Positions 47,101 through 56,772 of a stretch of DNA of 64,000 nt are shown here, one piece after another (the stretch's first letter is position 1; each line of letters begins with the position of its first letter). The notes beneath the pieces are model-generated. The model was not told the DNA's origin, ran no database searches, and saw nothing but the letters and a program-made list of their open reading frames with translations. Origin of the DNA: Candidatus Bipolaricaulota bacterium (GTDB lineage Bacteria > Bipolaricaulota > Bipolaricaulia > M55B111). Where the stretch lies: positions 14,652 to 78,651 of the forward strand of contig JAIPHJ010000004.1 of assembly GCA_021735245.1 (NCBI GenBank), given 5' to 3'. Position numbers and translations under genes: made by a program.

Positions 47101-48651
47101 TCATTCCTCTTCAACAAGCTCGGCAAGTTCGTGCATGATTGACCTGCCTTTTTTATAAAGTTCCAGGTAAAGTTCGTAGTATTTGTCGTAGAGCTCGGTA
47201 TTCCTTTCTGTAGGGGTTATTACCCGGTCCCTGGTAAACCATTCCTCGACCTCTGAGTAATCTTCGATCGTACCGGTACCGACACCCGCCAGCAGAGCGT
47301 CTCCGAACGGTGCTCCGACTCCACCGGACGGAATAACGATATTCCGCCCCGTAACGTCCGCTATGATTTCCGTCCAAAGGTCGGACTTCGAAACTCCGCC
47401 GACCACGCTGGTCTCATCTTTCAGCGGAATGCCTATCTCTTTAGCGATTTCTATATTATGCCGGAGGCTGTACGCACCTGATTCAAGTAGCGCTCGGAAA
47501 ACATGAGGTTTGGAATGGTACAGGGAAAGCCCGATAAGGGTCCCGCTGGCCTCAGGGTCCCAGATCGGCGATCGTTCCCCTTTGAAATAAGGCAAAGCCA
47601 GCAAACCCTCGGATCCGGGAGGAACTTTTTCTGCTTCCATATCAAGTATCTGAAACGGGTCCAGGCCTGTCTTATCGGCTGCTTCTTCTTCCACAGTTCC
47701 GAACTGGTTCTTGAACCAGTTTACGAGAGCACCGGTCGTGGCCGAGCCGCCCCAGGTATATATCTTTTTTCCAGAATTAGCCACGTGGGGCATGGAGACC
47801 AATTCCTTCGTCAGCCCTTGACCCTCGTGGATTATCCCCCAGCAGGTTGAAGTCCCCATCATCGCAACATTATCACCTTCGGTGAATGCCCCGGCACTCA
47901 ACGTCGCCATTGGTGCGTCTATCCCTCCGGCAACAACTGGAGTACCCCGGGCGAGACCCGTTTTGTCGGAGGCGGAACCCGTTACCTCGCCTATAATTTC
48001 GTCCGAAGCGACCAGGTCACCGGGCACCTTGTCTATCGGTATACCCAACATCTCACAGGCTTCCCTGGACCATTCCAGCTCTTCCAGATCGAATATACCA
48101 CCTATGTTCCCTGCCGAGGAGTAGTCGACAGCCAGCTCACCGGTAAGTTTATACTCTATATAACTGGATGGAGGCACGAAGGTGTCGGTTTTCCTCCATA
48201 TCTTCGGGCGGTTGTTCTTCAACCAGAGCATTTTGGTATAACCGTAATAGGAATCGACGTAATTGCCTGTGATATCGAAAAGTCTGTCCATATCAATATT
48301 TTCTCTGACCCAGCTTACTTCGTCGGTTGCCCGCCTGTCCATCCAGATAAGACAGGGGTGGACCGGTTCCATATCTTCGTCGACCGGCACACCGGATCCA
48401 CCATAGAGGCCACTGATGGCAACTCCGGCAACGTCGCTCGGGTTGATTCCCGAGTCGTCAATTGCCTCGCTTATCGCCTCGTAGGCTGCCTCCTCCCAGA
48501 CCTGCGGCCATTGCTGAGCCCAGGAAGGAAAAGGCTGATCAACCGAGTAGAAGGAAGAGCCGGACCCAACGACCTCTCCGGAATAATCTACCACTACAGT
48601 TTTTGTACCCTGGGTACCGATGTCGGAACCCACTAGATATTTTTTTGTCAT
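47101..48651 (-). CDS. FGGY-family carbohydrate kinase (xylulokinase/ribulokinase-like)
   Basis: 516-aa intact ORF. N-terminal YLVGSDIGTQGTKTVVVD, and C-terminal GGVSKSDLWTEIIADVTG and GAPFGDALLAG motifs of FGGY kinases. Confidence 0.85.
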   Translation of the reverse strand: MTKKYLVGSDIGTQGTKTVVVDYSGEVVGSGSSFYSVDQPFPSWAQQWPQVWEEAAYEAISEAIDDSGINPSDVAGVAISGLYGGSGVPVDEDMEPVHPCLIWMDRRATDEVSWVRENIDMDRLFDITGNYVDSYYGYTKMLWLKNNRPKIWRKTDTFVPPSSYIEYKLTGELAVDYSSAGNIGGIFDLEELEWSREACEMLGIPIDKVPGDLVASDEIIGEVTGSASDKTGLARGTPVVAGGIDAPMATLSAGAFTEGDNVAMMGTSTCWGIIHEGQGLTKELVSMPHVANSGKKIYTWGGSATTGALVNWFKNQFGTVEEEAADKTGLDPFQILDMEAEKVPPGSEGLLALPYFKGERSPIWDPEASGTLIGLSLYHSKPHVFRALLESGAYSLRHNIEIAKEIGIPLKDETSVVGGVSKSDLWTEIIADVTGRNIVIPSGGVGAPFGDALLAGVGTGTIEDYSEVEEWFTRDRVITPTERNTELYDKYYELYLELYKKGRSIMHELAELVEEE

Positions 48652-48660
48652 GGAATACCC

Positions 48661-49283
48661 CTATTGTCCGTAGTTTTTCATATATTTATCGTACAATTTT
48701 TTGCCTTCTTCTGCTGAGAGTTCCGCCGGGCCTCCCCAAGATTCAGCAAGATAGGATACCCGGGCGGCGTGCTCGACTGTAACGGCTGCCTTGAGTGCCT
48801 CCTGTGGAGTGGGTCCGGCGGTAAACACCCCATGTTGCTTCATTAAAAGTACCTTTAACTTTCCCCCGGTCGCGCTGGCAGAAAACGGCTCGCCGATCAT
48901 CTCGTCACCAGGGGGTACTTAGTCGGATACAGGAATCTCCGTTCCGAACAAATCGCCCTGTTCAGTCAGGTAAAAAATGATATCTTTTCCAACCGCTGCA
49001 AAAGCTGTAGCGAAGGTTGAATGTGTATGAATTATTCCTCCGAGGTCTTTCGTACTGTTATATATGGAGGTGAGCGGGAGTGTCGACCGAAGGTTTCAGT
49101 TCTCCCTCTAAGACCTCTCCGTCAGAATTGACGGTGAGAGTTCATCGCAGGCTACCCCGCTGGGTTTGATCACACCCTGTCGTCTTTTACGCCGCTAGAG
49201 TTGCCACCTGTACCCGTGACAATCCGTTTTCTGCCAGAGCCCATCAGAGCCCGGTACACGTCGTTCCTTACGTCCTTGAGCAA
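48661..49283 (-). pseudogene. Class II aldolase / L-ribulose-5-phosphate 4-epimerase-like gene (araD/fucA-like) disrupted by frameshifts and stops
   Basis: Only the last 79 codons are open (KQHGVFTAGPTPQEALKAAVTVEHAARV). Upstream on the minus strand, homologous pieces lie in other frames: LLKDVRNDVYRALMGSGRKRIVTGTGGNSSGV, then IKPSGV, then GGIIHTHSTFATAFAAVGKDI. They are separated by stop codons. Confidence 0.75.
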
Positions 49284-49464
49284 ACTGATCACCTCTTAGT
49301 TGCTGGATCCAGGTTTCTCTGAAACCTCGAAGAGACTAAATTCTTAATCAGAGTACAAAGAAAAACAGTCCTGGTTGAGCAACTTGGTTATCATAACACA
49401 GTGTGCTGCCTAAAGCGATACATTACAACCGTAGCCCGGGGCCACAGGTTTCCCCTCTATCGAG

Positions 49465-49965
49465 CTAACTTTTCTTAAGAATCCTCTTCTTATCGGCCAT
49501 ATCGGGGAACATTGTAGCCTGGATATTTGAGGTAGGCAACACTTTATCGACCACCTCGACACCGATTACCTGTCTTAAATATTCTCTCCTTCATTTGATT
49601 CAGTGCCAGCTGTCAGGATAATCGTTTTTCCATCTCTTTCTGAGTTCCCGATCAGCGATCACTATCCCGTCTTCTATATGAATCCCCACGTACGGCTCTC
49701 CCGGAAACACGATAATGTCGTATTAAATTGCCATTCCGGACTTTACCTGGTATGGAGCATCTTGAAAGAATATACTGTGAGTCCATTCATCCGTATGAAT
49801 TAGATGTCCGGGATTTAGTTCTATCTCGAGATTACTGTAGTCGCCAATAACTTCCCGGTCCGTCTGGAATACTTCCCACCCGGACACGCCAATACGGCTC
49901 GATTCATACCAGGTAATTAAGGCTTTAAAGTAGGAAGCGTAAAATTTCTCAACCAGATCATCGAG
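49465..49965 (-). pseudogene. Gene fragment with three in-frame stops (tentatively an M24/creatinase-fold hydrolase C-terminus)
   Basis: The minus-strand frame reads LDDLVEKFYASYFKALITWYES...NPGHLIHTDEWTHS...VKSGMAI*YDIIVFPGEPYVGIHIEDGIVIADRELRKRWKNDYPDSWH*IK*RREYLRQVIGVEVVDKVLPTSN. It is clearly protein-like but interrupted by one TAA and two TGA codons. The family call is from memory only. Confidence 0.5.
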
Positions 49966-50063
49966 TATTTACTCCTGGTTATTGATGAATAAACCGGTTC
50001 TTGCGGTCAGGGTTCGCCAGTTGCCGTGTAAGCCAAATTACCCGGTAGAGGAGAGAAACTTTT

Positions 50064-50366
50064 CTACCCTTCTCTCTCCCGTATGTGAGGACCGGTCTGG
50101 AACGTGATGGCTTTAGTATTGATAAAGCTGTCGACTACTTTCTTCCGTCCGGAGTAGAGGAGTCGTTGTAACGTTCCCCGGGAAACCCCCATTTCCTCCG
50201 CCGCTTCCGTCTGATCCATGTCTTCCTTGTCGCAAAGCCTCATGGCCTCCAGTTCGTCCAACTCAACTTCCGTGATCGGTAACTGGCTGAGCGGAACTCC
50301 GGCGGGTTTAAACACTTCCGAGCCTTCAAACTTCCGGCATTGCCTCATCTTCTTTCTCCGTGGCAT
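50064..50366 (-). CDS. DUF134 (UPF0251) family DNA-binding protein
   Basis: The preferred start is MPRRKKMRQCRKF..., the typical DUF134 N-terminus. It has a sigma70-region-4-like HTH (QTEAAEEMGVSRGTLQRLLYSGRKKV). The ORF track extends it to 50435. Confidence 0.75.
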   Translation of the reverse strand: MPRRKKMRQCRKFEGSEVFKPAGVPLSQLPITEVELDELEAMRLCDKEDMDQTEAAEEMGVSRGTLQRLLYSGRKKVVDSFINTKAITFQTGPHIREREG

Positions 50367-50487
50367 GACAATTGTAAATATATCGAATGGAAACAAGGGC
50401 TGCAATGGTCGGTTAATGAAGTCTTCCTTTTGCAACTAACGGCAATAAAAGTTATTCTTTTCCCTAGTTCAAAGGACAAAAGGGGCT

Positions 50488-52146
50488 ATTATTAAAACTA
50501 CAAGATTCCTCACGCTAATTCTGATTATTATCCTGCTGACCCTGGTTGGTTACCAGACCTCGAAAAGGGTTCACTGGGACTTAACGACCAAGAATTACTC
50601 CCTGGCTACCCGTTACGAGGACATCGAGAGGACGAGTTCCCTCTACGGGGAAACGGAACTTGGTCTTATCGATAAGCTGAATCGGGCCGGCAATAACCTA
50701 ATTCTATTCCGTACTGATCTGGCGGTCGAACGGGGGTTCGTTCTACCGGGGTTAGTAGACGACCTAAAGGAAAAAGCAATTGCCCGGGGAGTTGAAGTAT
50801 CAAACCTTCAGCTGGCCGGTGAGCAAGAATACCGGCAAGTACTTGACTATTTAAACAAAATCGAACCGAAATTTGTCGTTCTCAGAGGTTTGCGAGGAGT
50901 AGACCTGCCCTCCTACCTCACGCACTGGCTCCGGCAAAACGACGTCATTCTGGGGACGGTGGAATTCAGGAACAGGGAAACGACTGAAAAACTGGTAAAC
51001 GAACAGAATCTGGACTGGGTAAGGCTCCACAGGGTATTCGACAAGGAAATCGGAACTCTGACCCGGGCTGAAATGAGGGCTAGATACGAGAGAGCTATCC
51101 GGGAGAGAAACATAGGCGTAATAGAATACAGGCTGTCACCAAACCAGGATCTTCAGACCCAGATAGAAACCCTTACTGCTATCCGCGATGAAACGGCCAA
51201 ATCCGGTTACCGGATCGGACCGATCGAAGCTGTCAGGGGAACCGGTAAGGGGGTGGAGTCTTCGCGCTGGCTAATTCTCGGTCTGATAGTGGTTTCTTTC
51301 GGACTCGTATTCCGGTTCTTATTTCTTGACAGGGGCTCTCACACGATCCTAATTTTCTGGATACTGGCTTCCACTGTCGGAGGAGCTATAGGTCTCGCCC
51401 TTTTCCCAACTCTTACGCGTCAGGCAGCTGCTCTAGTACTGGCCGTCACCGCCCCGCTCGTAGGTTACAAATTACTGAAAGAATACGGGTTGTCGTTTAA
51501 AACGGGGCGAAGCCTGCTGAGTCCTTTCCTGGATTTAATCTGGGTTTCGGGATTCTCGACCATCGCGGGATTGTTGGTCTCGACCATCCTACTTGACGAA
51601 TCGTTCGTCCTTAAACTCCAGCAGTTTCGAGGGGTTAAAGTGGCCTTATTCTTCCCGCTGCTACTGCTTGCTGTCGTGGCCTTCCGTCGGTACGGAATAA
51701 GTTTTTCAGAGATAAAATTCGATTACAAAGCCGGTCTCCTCGGGGCTGGCCTCCTTGGACTTTTCCTCTTTCTGCTATTCAGGAGCGGTAATTTTAGCTT
51801 CCTAAGAAGCGGCGACCTGGAAGAGGCGATCAGAAGATGGCTCGAGAATACCCTGTACGTAAGACCCAGGTTTAAGGAGTTCGCCCTGGGTCATCCGAGC
51901 CTGATCGCCTGGCTTTATCTCGCCGGCCGCTACGGAGGGAAGTTTCATTTTTGCAAGCTCCCCCTGCTGATGGTAGGATTTATCGGCCAGATATCCGTAA
52001 TCAACACGTTTTCCCATATTCATACTCCCCTCGTCGTCTCACTAATTAGAACTGGAAACGGTTTAGCAGGGGGGCTAATCCTGGGAGGAATATTACTCGC
52101 CGTTATCCTCGGGGGTGAATACGTTTGGAATCTTCGAAGAGGATAA
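50488..52146 (+). CDS. Polytopic membrane protein accompanying csaB (DUF5693-like), apparent non-canonical start
   Basis: The frame is open from 50449. The N-terminal TM helix FLTLILIIILLTLVGY and about 130 further conserved-looking residues precede the first ATG/GTG/TTG in frame (TTG at 50890). ATT codons at 50488 and 50491 follow an AAAGGGG SD-like element. The C-terminal half has about 9 TM segments. Confidence 0.55.
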   Translation: MIKTTRFLTLILIIILLTLVGYQTSKRVHWDLTTKNYSLATRYEDIERTSSLYGETELGLIDKLNRAGNNLILFRTDLAVERGFVLPGLVDDLKEKAIARGVEVSNLQLAGEQEYRQVLDYLNKIEPKFVVLRGLRGVDLPSYLTHWLRQNDVILGTVEFRNRETTEKLVNEQNLDWVRLHRVFDKEIGTLTRAEMRARYERAIRERNIGVIEYRLSPNQDLQTQIETLTAIRDETAKSGYRIGPIEAVRGTGKGVESSRWLILGLIVVSFGLVFRFLFLDRGSHTILIFWILASTVGGAIGLALFPTLTRQAAALVLAVTAPLVGYKLLKEYGLSFKTGRSLLSPFLDLIWVSGFSTIAGLLVSTILLDESFVLKLQQFRGVKVALFFPLLLLAVVAFRRYGISFSEIKFDYKAGLLGAGLLGLFLFLLFRSGNFSFLRSGDLEEAIRRWLENTLYVRPRFKEFALGHPSLIAWLYLAGRYGGKFHFCKLPLLMVGFIGQISVINTFSHIHTPLVVSLIRTGNGLAGGLILGGILLAVILGGEYVWNLRRG

Positions 52147-53270
52147 CCATATCGGGCTATTACGGATTCGGAAACCTGGGAGACGAAGCAATTCTCGAAT
52201 CACTGGTCACTTCGCTCAGGGATAGGTTTGGGAAAGGAGAACCGGTAATTGTCGTCTTAAGCAACGAGCCCGAAAGAACGGAAAAAGATCACGGAGTGAG
52301 GGCCACCAACAGGTGGAACCCCGTAGCCGTATTCCGAACTCTGAAAAATAGCGAGGTGTTGATAAGTGGAGGTGGTGGTCTGCTTCAGGATAGAACGAGC
52401 TCCCCGTCTCTCTGGTATTATTTAACCCTGCTATATCTCGCCCGAATTCTCTCCGTGCCAGCTTACGTAGTCGGCCAGGGGATCGGTCCGGTAAACAAGA
52501 AATACAACGAACTTTTACTCCGGGGAGCAATAGCTGGAATTAAAGGCTTCCACGTCAGGGACGATCGAAGCGCCGAGTTGTTGAGGTCATTCGGCGTAGG
52601 AGACGATAAATTAATTGTTGGAGGCGACCTGGCTTTCCTGCTTTCCGGGACCGGTACCGACAGGAACGAGTACCTAAATTATCCGGACAGGGAAATCGTC
52701 GGGGCGGCTCTAAGAAGCGACGTGGAGGGCCGTTCTGACGTGCTCAGGGCTGTCTCCAGCGGCCTGGATATGTTGTCCGAAAAGTTCGACGTCAACGTAG
52801 TCCTTTTCTCCACAAACTCCCTGTCGGACGCGGATCTCAATACCGACCTGCAGGACTCTACCGAAGTTCCCTGCAAAATCATCGATGTTGACCATCTTTC
52901 CCCCGCTCAGCTCGTTGAAATGATGGGGGACCTGGAGCTGGTCATTGCCGGGAGGTTACACGCCCTGATATTTTCCCTTCTCAGTAAAACGCCGGTTCAG
53001 AGTATTAGCTACGATCCAAAGATGGACCTCCTGATCGAAGAGCTGAACGATCCGGACGCTAATCCTGGCCTATCAATCTGGCAACCGGACGATTTAATCA
53101 ACGCTACCAAGTACCTGTCGGACCTGGAGTCAATCTATCGCCAAAGGACGGAGCTAAGGGAGAAAGTCACCAGAGCAAGGGACGAGATCGTCCAGAAAAC
53201 GGAAGAGAAAATGGACCCGGCTCTCGACTGGATCGAGGAGGAGCTCGCAGGTGAAAGACGAACAGGATAA
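52125..53270 (+). CDS. csaB: Polysaccharide pyruvyl transferase
   Basis: N-terminal ISGYYGFGNLGDEAIL, then GGGGLLQD and GRLHALIF motifs characteristic of CsaB. It overlaps the upstream membrane-protein gene. Confidence 0.85.
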   Translation: MESSKRITISGYYGFGNLGDEAILESLVTSLRDRFGKGEPVIVVLSNEPERTEKDHGVRATNRWNPVAVFRTLKNSEVLISGGGGLLQDRTSSPSLWYYLTLLYLARILSVPAYVVGQGIGPVNKKYNELLLRGAIAGIKGFHVRDDRSAELLRSFGVGDDKLIVGGDLAFLLSGTGTDRNEYLNYPDREIVGAALRSDVEGRSDVLRAVSSGLDMLSEKFDVNVVLFSTNSLSDADLNTDLQDSTEVPCKIIDVDHLSPAQLVEMMGDLELVIAGRLHALIFSLLSKTPVQSISYDPKMDLLIEELNDPDANPGLSIWQPDDLINATKYLSDLESIYRQRTELREKVTRARDEIVQKTEEKMDPALDWIEEELAGERRTG

Positions 53271-54237
53271 AAAGGATAATTTTTCAATCCATGAACCCGT
53301 TATGGTTGACGAGGTGCTGAGTTACCTTGCTCCCGAAAAGTCGAAGAGTGGGGTATTTGTCGATGCAACGACCTCCACTGGAGGCCACGCGATCGAGATA
53401 GCCCGAAGGCTGGGTCCCGGGGGAACGCTTATAGGACTCGATCTCGACGAGCGGGGACTTGAAGTAGCAAAAGACCGGCTTTCCGGCACCCCCCCTCAAA
53501 TAGAATTATACCGGGCAAATTATAAGGACATGAACCTCGCTCTGGAAGCGGCCGGGAAATCGAGCGCGGACGGCATACTGTTTGACCTGGGATTTTCTTC
53601 TTTCCAGCTAGACGAACCTTCCAGAGGATTTTCGTTTCAAAATGACGGACCCCTGGATATGAGAATGGATCCCGGCGGAGGGATTACCGCGGAAGAGGTG
53701 GTAAACGAATACTCGTTCGACGAGTTAAAACGGATAATTACCAGGTACGGAGAGGATAGCTGGGCTGACGGGATAGCCAGGAAAATCGTTGAACGCCGAA
53801 AAGAAGAAAGGATAACCACGACCGGGGAACTGGTTGAAGTAATAGAAGCCGCAATTCCCGCGGGAGAAAAAGCAAGGCGAAAGAAACACCCGGCGACTAG
53901 AACCTTCCAGGCACTGAGAATAGCCGTAAACGACGAGTTGACTAACATCGATCGGGGGCTGGAAACGGCTTTCGATTGTTTGGACAAAAGTGGTGTAATT
54001 GTGGTTATCTCCTATCACTCACTGGAGGACAGAAAGGTAAAGCGTTTTTTCACCTACAAAGAAAAAGAGTGCGTATGTCCGCCGGATCTGCCGGTCTGCA
54101 GGTGTAACAAAGAGTCGGAACTCGATATTCTGACTAAAGGAGTAGTTCGCCCTTCGGAGGGGGAAATCGAGAAAAATCCCCGGTCTAGAAGCGCAAAACT
54201 GAGGGCCGGAAGGAAACTCGTCAGGCCCAATGAATAA
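53251..54237 (+). CDS. rsmH: 16S rRNA (cytosine1402-N4)-methyltransferase
   Basis: HEPVMVDEVLSYL, DATTSTGGH, DLGFSSFQLD, TFQALRIAVNDEL, ISYHSLEDR and NPRSRSAKLR motifs. Confidence 0.92.
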   Translation: MKDEQDKKDNFSIHEPVMVDEVLSYLAPEKSKSGVFVDATTSTGGHAIEIARRLGPGGTLIGLDLDERGLEVAKDRLSGTPPQIELYRANYKDMNLALEAAGKSSADGILFDLGFSSFQLDEPSRGFSFQNDGPLDMRMDPGGGITAEEVVNEYSFDELKRIITRYGEDSWADGIARKIVERRKEERITTTGELVEVIEAAIPAGEKARRKKHPATRTFQALRIAVNDELTNIDRGLETAFDCLDKSGVIVVISYHSLEDRKVKRFFTYKEKECVCPPDLPVCRCNKESELDILTKGVVRPSEGEIEKNPRSRSAKLRAGRKLVRPNE

Positions 54238-54251
54238 AGGGTTCGGTCAGC

Positions 54252-54527
54252 ATGAATAGACTTCCCACCTGGTTAGAGGTACTGGGAGCAACTTTGATAA
54301 TACTGTTGCTCATCTTTCTTTACCTCTGGCAGGGCTGGCAGGTAATTTACCTTCAGCGAAGGGTCTCGGAACTGGAAGAAGAGCTTATTCCTCTGAGGGA
54401 GAGAAAAAGAGAACTTCAGATCACCGTTGCTCGCTATTTTTCCTACGATAGAATAGAAAGGATAGCCAAAGAGAGGCTGGGAATGGTCGAACCGGAAATT
54501 ACCGAAGAGGAAGCAAGTTCTGAATAG
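54252..54527 (+). CDS. ftsL: Cell division protein FtsL-like (single TM + coiled coil)
   Basis: 91-aa ORF directly after rsmH. It has a TM helix (VLGATLIILLLIFLYLW) followed by a heptad-rich segment. Confidence 0.7.
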   Translation: MNRLPTWLEVLGATLIILLLIFLYLWQGWQVIYLQRRVSELEEELIPLRERKRELQITVARYFSYDRIERIAKERLGMVEPEITEEEASSE

Positions 54528-54979
54528 CCCGTTACCGTACTACTCACTGCATCCCCCAGTAATTAACGGTCGTCGAAGGAGGGCTATGGAAAATGGCCGT
54601 TTTGACTGAATTGAGTGGTTTTTAACACATAAGCTGAGAAGAGAAAAGTTGTCGGTATGGGAAATTTTACAGACGAAAATTAGTCCAGCGCTCAGACAAA
54701 CTCTGGAGCCTGGCTCAGGAACTTTGACTTCCCTGCGTATAGTCTACCATACTTGTTTAGCGGCAGGATATATCTCGAGGTAACTTTTCTCATCTGAGCG
54801 ATTGTTAAAAGTTTCGGGAGGGTAAGTTGATTTAACTTCTTAGACACAACCAACCGGGTGAGATAATTAAACATCCCGAACAGTAGCTATTTATCCTGTA
54901 TCCTGATTTAGAAGTTGTTCTTCAGCAAGAAAGTAAGACAATTTAGGTCGGACCAAACTTAACCGGGATCGAAAAAATA

Positions 54980-56656
54980 ATGATAAATAAAAAAAGACTT
55001 TACTTCGTGCTGGCGATTTTCATCGTCGGTCTTGGACTCGTAATCTGGAGGCTGGTTTCGGTACAGATACTCCAGCGTGAGGACTGGAAAACCAGGGCAA
55101 AAGCCGTTCACGAGAGAAAAATATCCGTTTCCCCTAAAAGAGGGAAGATCTACGATCGAAGGGGAAGAGTCCTGGCCTTCAACCGAGAATCCTACGAAGT
55201 GGCCGTGGACTCATACAACATGACCAAGCCCGAACTGCTGATAGAGGTCCTCGGGGACGAGTTAAGCATCCCGAAGAGCGAGCTTAACGAGAAAATCTAT
55301 CAGGAATCCTACTTCACCTGGATCGACAGGTCGGTCAGTTACGAAACCGGACAGAGAATCAAAGCTCGGGTAAATAAAGCCAATATCGATGGAGTAATTC
55401 TTATTGAATCGAATCGCAGGGTTTATCCTCGAGGCGAGCTAGCAGCTCCGATAGTCGGTTTCACCGGAGTAGACGGAGATGGGTTGGCCGGGGTGGAATA
55501 CTCGCGAAATAACGTTCTCGCCGGTAAACCGAAAGTCCTTAGGTTGACTTACGGGGCAAACAGAAATCCGTATCGGAGAAGAACGCTGGTCGAGGGTCGT
55601 CCAGGTTACGACGTCTACCTCACTATAGACCTTAAGATACAACATATTCTCCAGGAAAAGCTCCAGCAAGGAGTGGAGCGCTTCGATGCAAACAGGGCAT
55701 GGGGAATAGTCCTGGACCCAGGGGACGGGGCTGTACTCGGTATGGCGAGTAACGAAAGCTTCGATCCTAACGCTTACGAGAAGTATAGTGCCGCAGAACG
55801 GAAGAACCTCCCTATCTCTGAAACCTTCGAACCGGGATCGATCCTCAAAGTTTTCTCGGGCCTTGCAGCTCTGGACCACGGCGTAGTGGAACCGAACACG
55901 ATGGTAAACGGAAATTCGCCGATCGTCCTTTACGGACACTCGATAAACAACGCCCAGTACAGGGACTACGGTAGAGTACCCTTTTCTGAAGTAATTAAAC
56001 ACTCGATAAATACGGGAATCATAAGAGTCTCTCAGGAATTAGGGGAGCGAAACCTTTATAACTTCTTAACTAAAGTAGGGTTCGAAAAAAAGACTGGAAT
56101 CGAATTGCCCGGAGAGGAGGGAGGGAAGCTCGACCACTACAGCGATTGGTCGGGACTGTCCATAGGTTCGATACCGATCGGACAGGGCATCTCGGTAACC
56201 GGCCTGCAGCTGGCTGCAAAGATGGCCACCGTGGCCAATGGCGGCAACCTCGTCAAACCCACGATAATCGAGAAGGTGGAAGGGTTGGAAGGTAAAACAA
56301 TCTCCACTTTGAGTCGGGAGAAAACAATTGCGGGTCCGGTCGCCACCAGGGAGTCCGTGACTGAAATGAAGAGGATGCTCAGGTCTGTCGTGGAGGACGG
56401 CACGGGTCAGGACGCAGATATACCGGGCTACGGAGTTTCCGGTAAGACCGGAACGGCCCAGAAGCCCGAGAAAGGGGGGTACGCCGAGGACAAGTATATC
56501 TCATCTTTTGCCGGTTACTTCCCCAAAGAGAACCCTCAATACCTCATACTAATCGTGATAGACGAAGTGGGAACCAGACCGGTCTGGGGAGGAGCCACGG
56601 CCGGAAAGGTTTTCAAAGAAGTCGGAACGAGAATTATAAAATCCGTTGAAGATTAA
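54980..56656 (+). CDS. ftsI: Penicillin-binding protein (class B transpeptidase, FtsI/PBP2-type)
   Basis: N-terminal TM anchor and dimerisation domain. Transpeptidase motifs SILK (SxxK), SIN (SxN) and KTGT are present in order. Confidence 0.88.
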   Translation: MINKKRLYFVLAIFIVGLGLVIWRLVSVQILQREDWKTRAKAVHERKISVSPKRGKIYDRRGRVLAFNRESYEVAVDSYNMTKPELLIEVLGDELSIPKSELNEKIYQESYFTWIDRSVSYETGQRIKARVNKANIDGVILIESNRRVYPRGELAAPIVGFTGVDGDGLAGVEYSRNNVLAGKPKVLRLTYGANRNPYRRRTLVEGRPGYDVYLTIDLKIQHILQEKLQQGVERFDANRAWGIVLDPGDGAVLGMASNESFDPNAYEKYSAAERKNLPISETFEPGSILKVFSGLAALDHGVVEPNTMVNGNSPIVLYGHSINNAQYRDYGRVPFSEVIKHSINTGIIRVSQELGERNLYNFLTKVGFEKKTGIELPGEEGGKLDHYSDWSGLSIGSIPIGQGISVTGLQLAAKMATVANGGNLVKPTIIEKVEGLEGKTISTLSREKTIAGPVATRESVTEMKRMLRSVVEDGTGQDADIPGYGVSGKTGTAQKPEKGGYAEDKYISSFAGYFPKENPQYLILIVIDEVGTRPVWGGATAGKVFKEVGTRIIKSVED

Positions 56657-56772
56657 GCTCGGTAAAGTTTCTAGAATATAGAGATTAAAGTTAATCTACG
56701 AACAATAGTTTATTCCGGTCTAGTTGCCTTTTTTTCGTTACCGGTTAAAATAATTCGTGGAGGGGGTAAAAA

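Noticed and set aside
49465-49965. In-frame TGA/TAA codons as evidence for an alternative genetic code or selenocysteine.
   Set aside because: TGA and TAA terminate many well-supported genes in the window, including trpD, trpB and the VTC gene (TGA) and trpC and CotH (TAA). The neighbouring genes are also frameshifted. Ordinary pseudogenisation is the simpler explanation.
54692-54874. 60-aa antisense ORF in the ftsL-ftsI gap as a possible transposase or IS remnant.
   Set aside because: There are no recognisable transposase motifs, no terminal inverted repeats and no SD. I mention it only as part of the gap finding.
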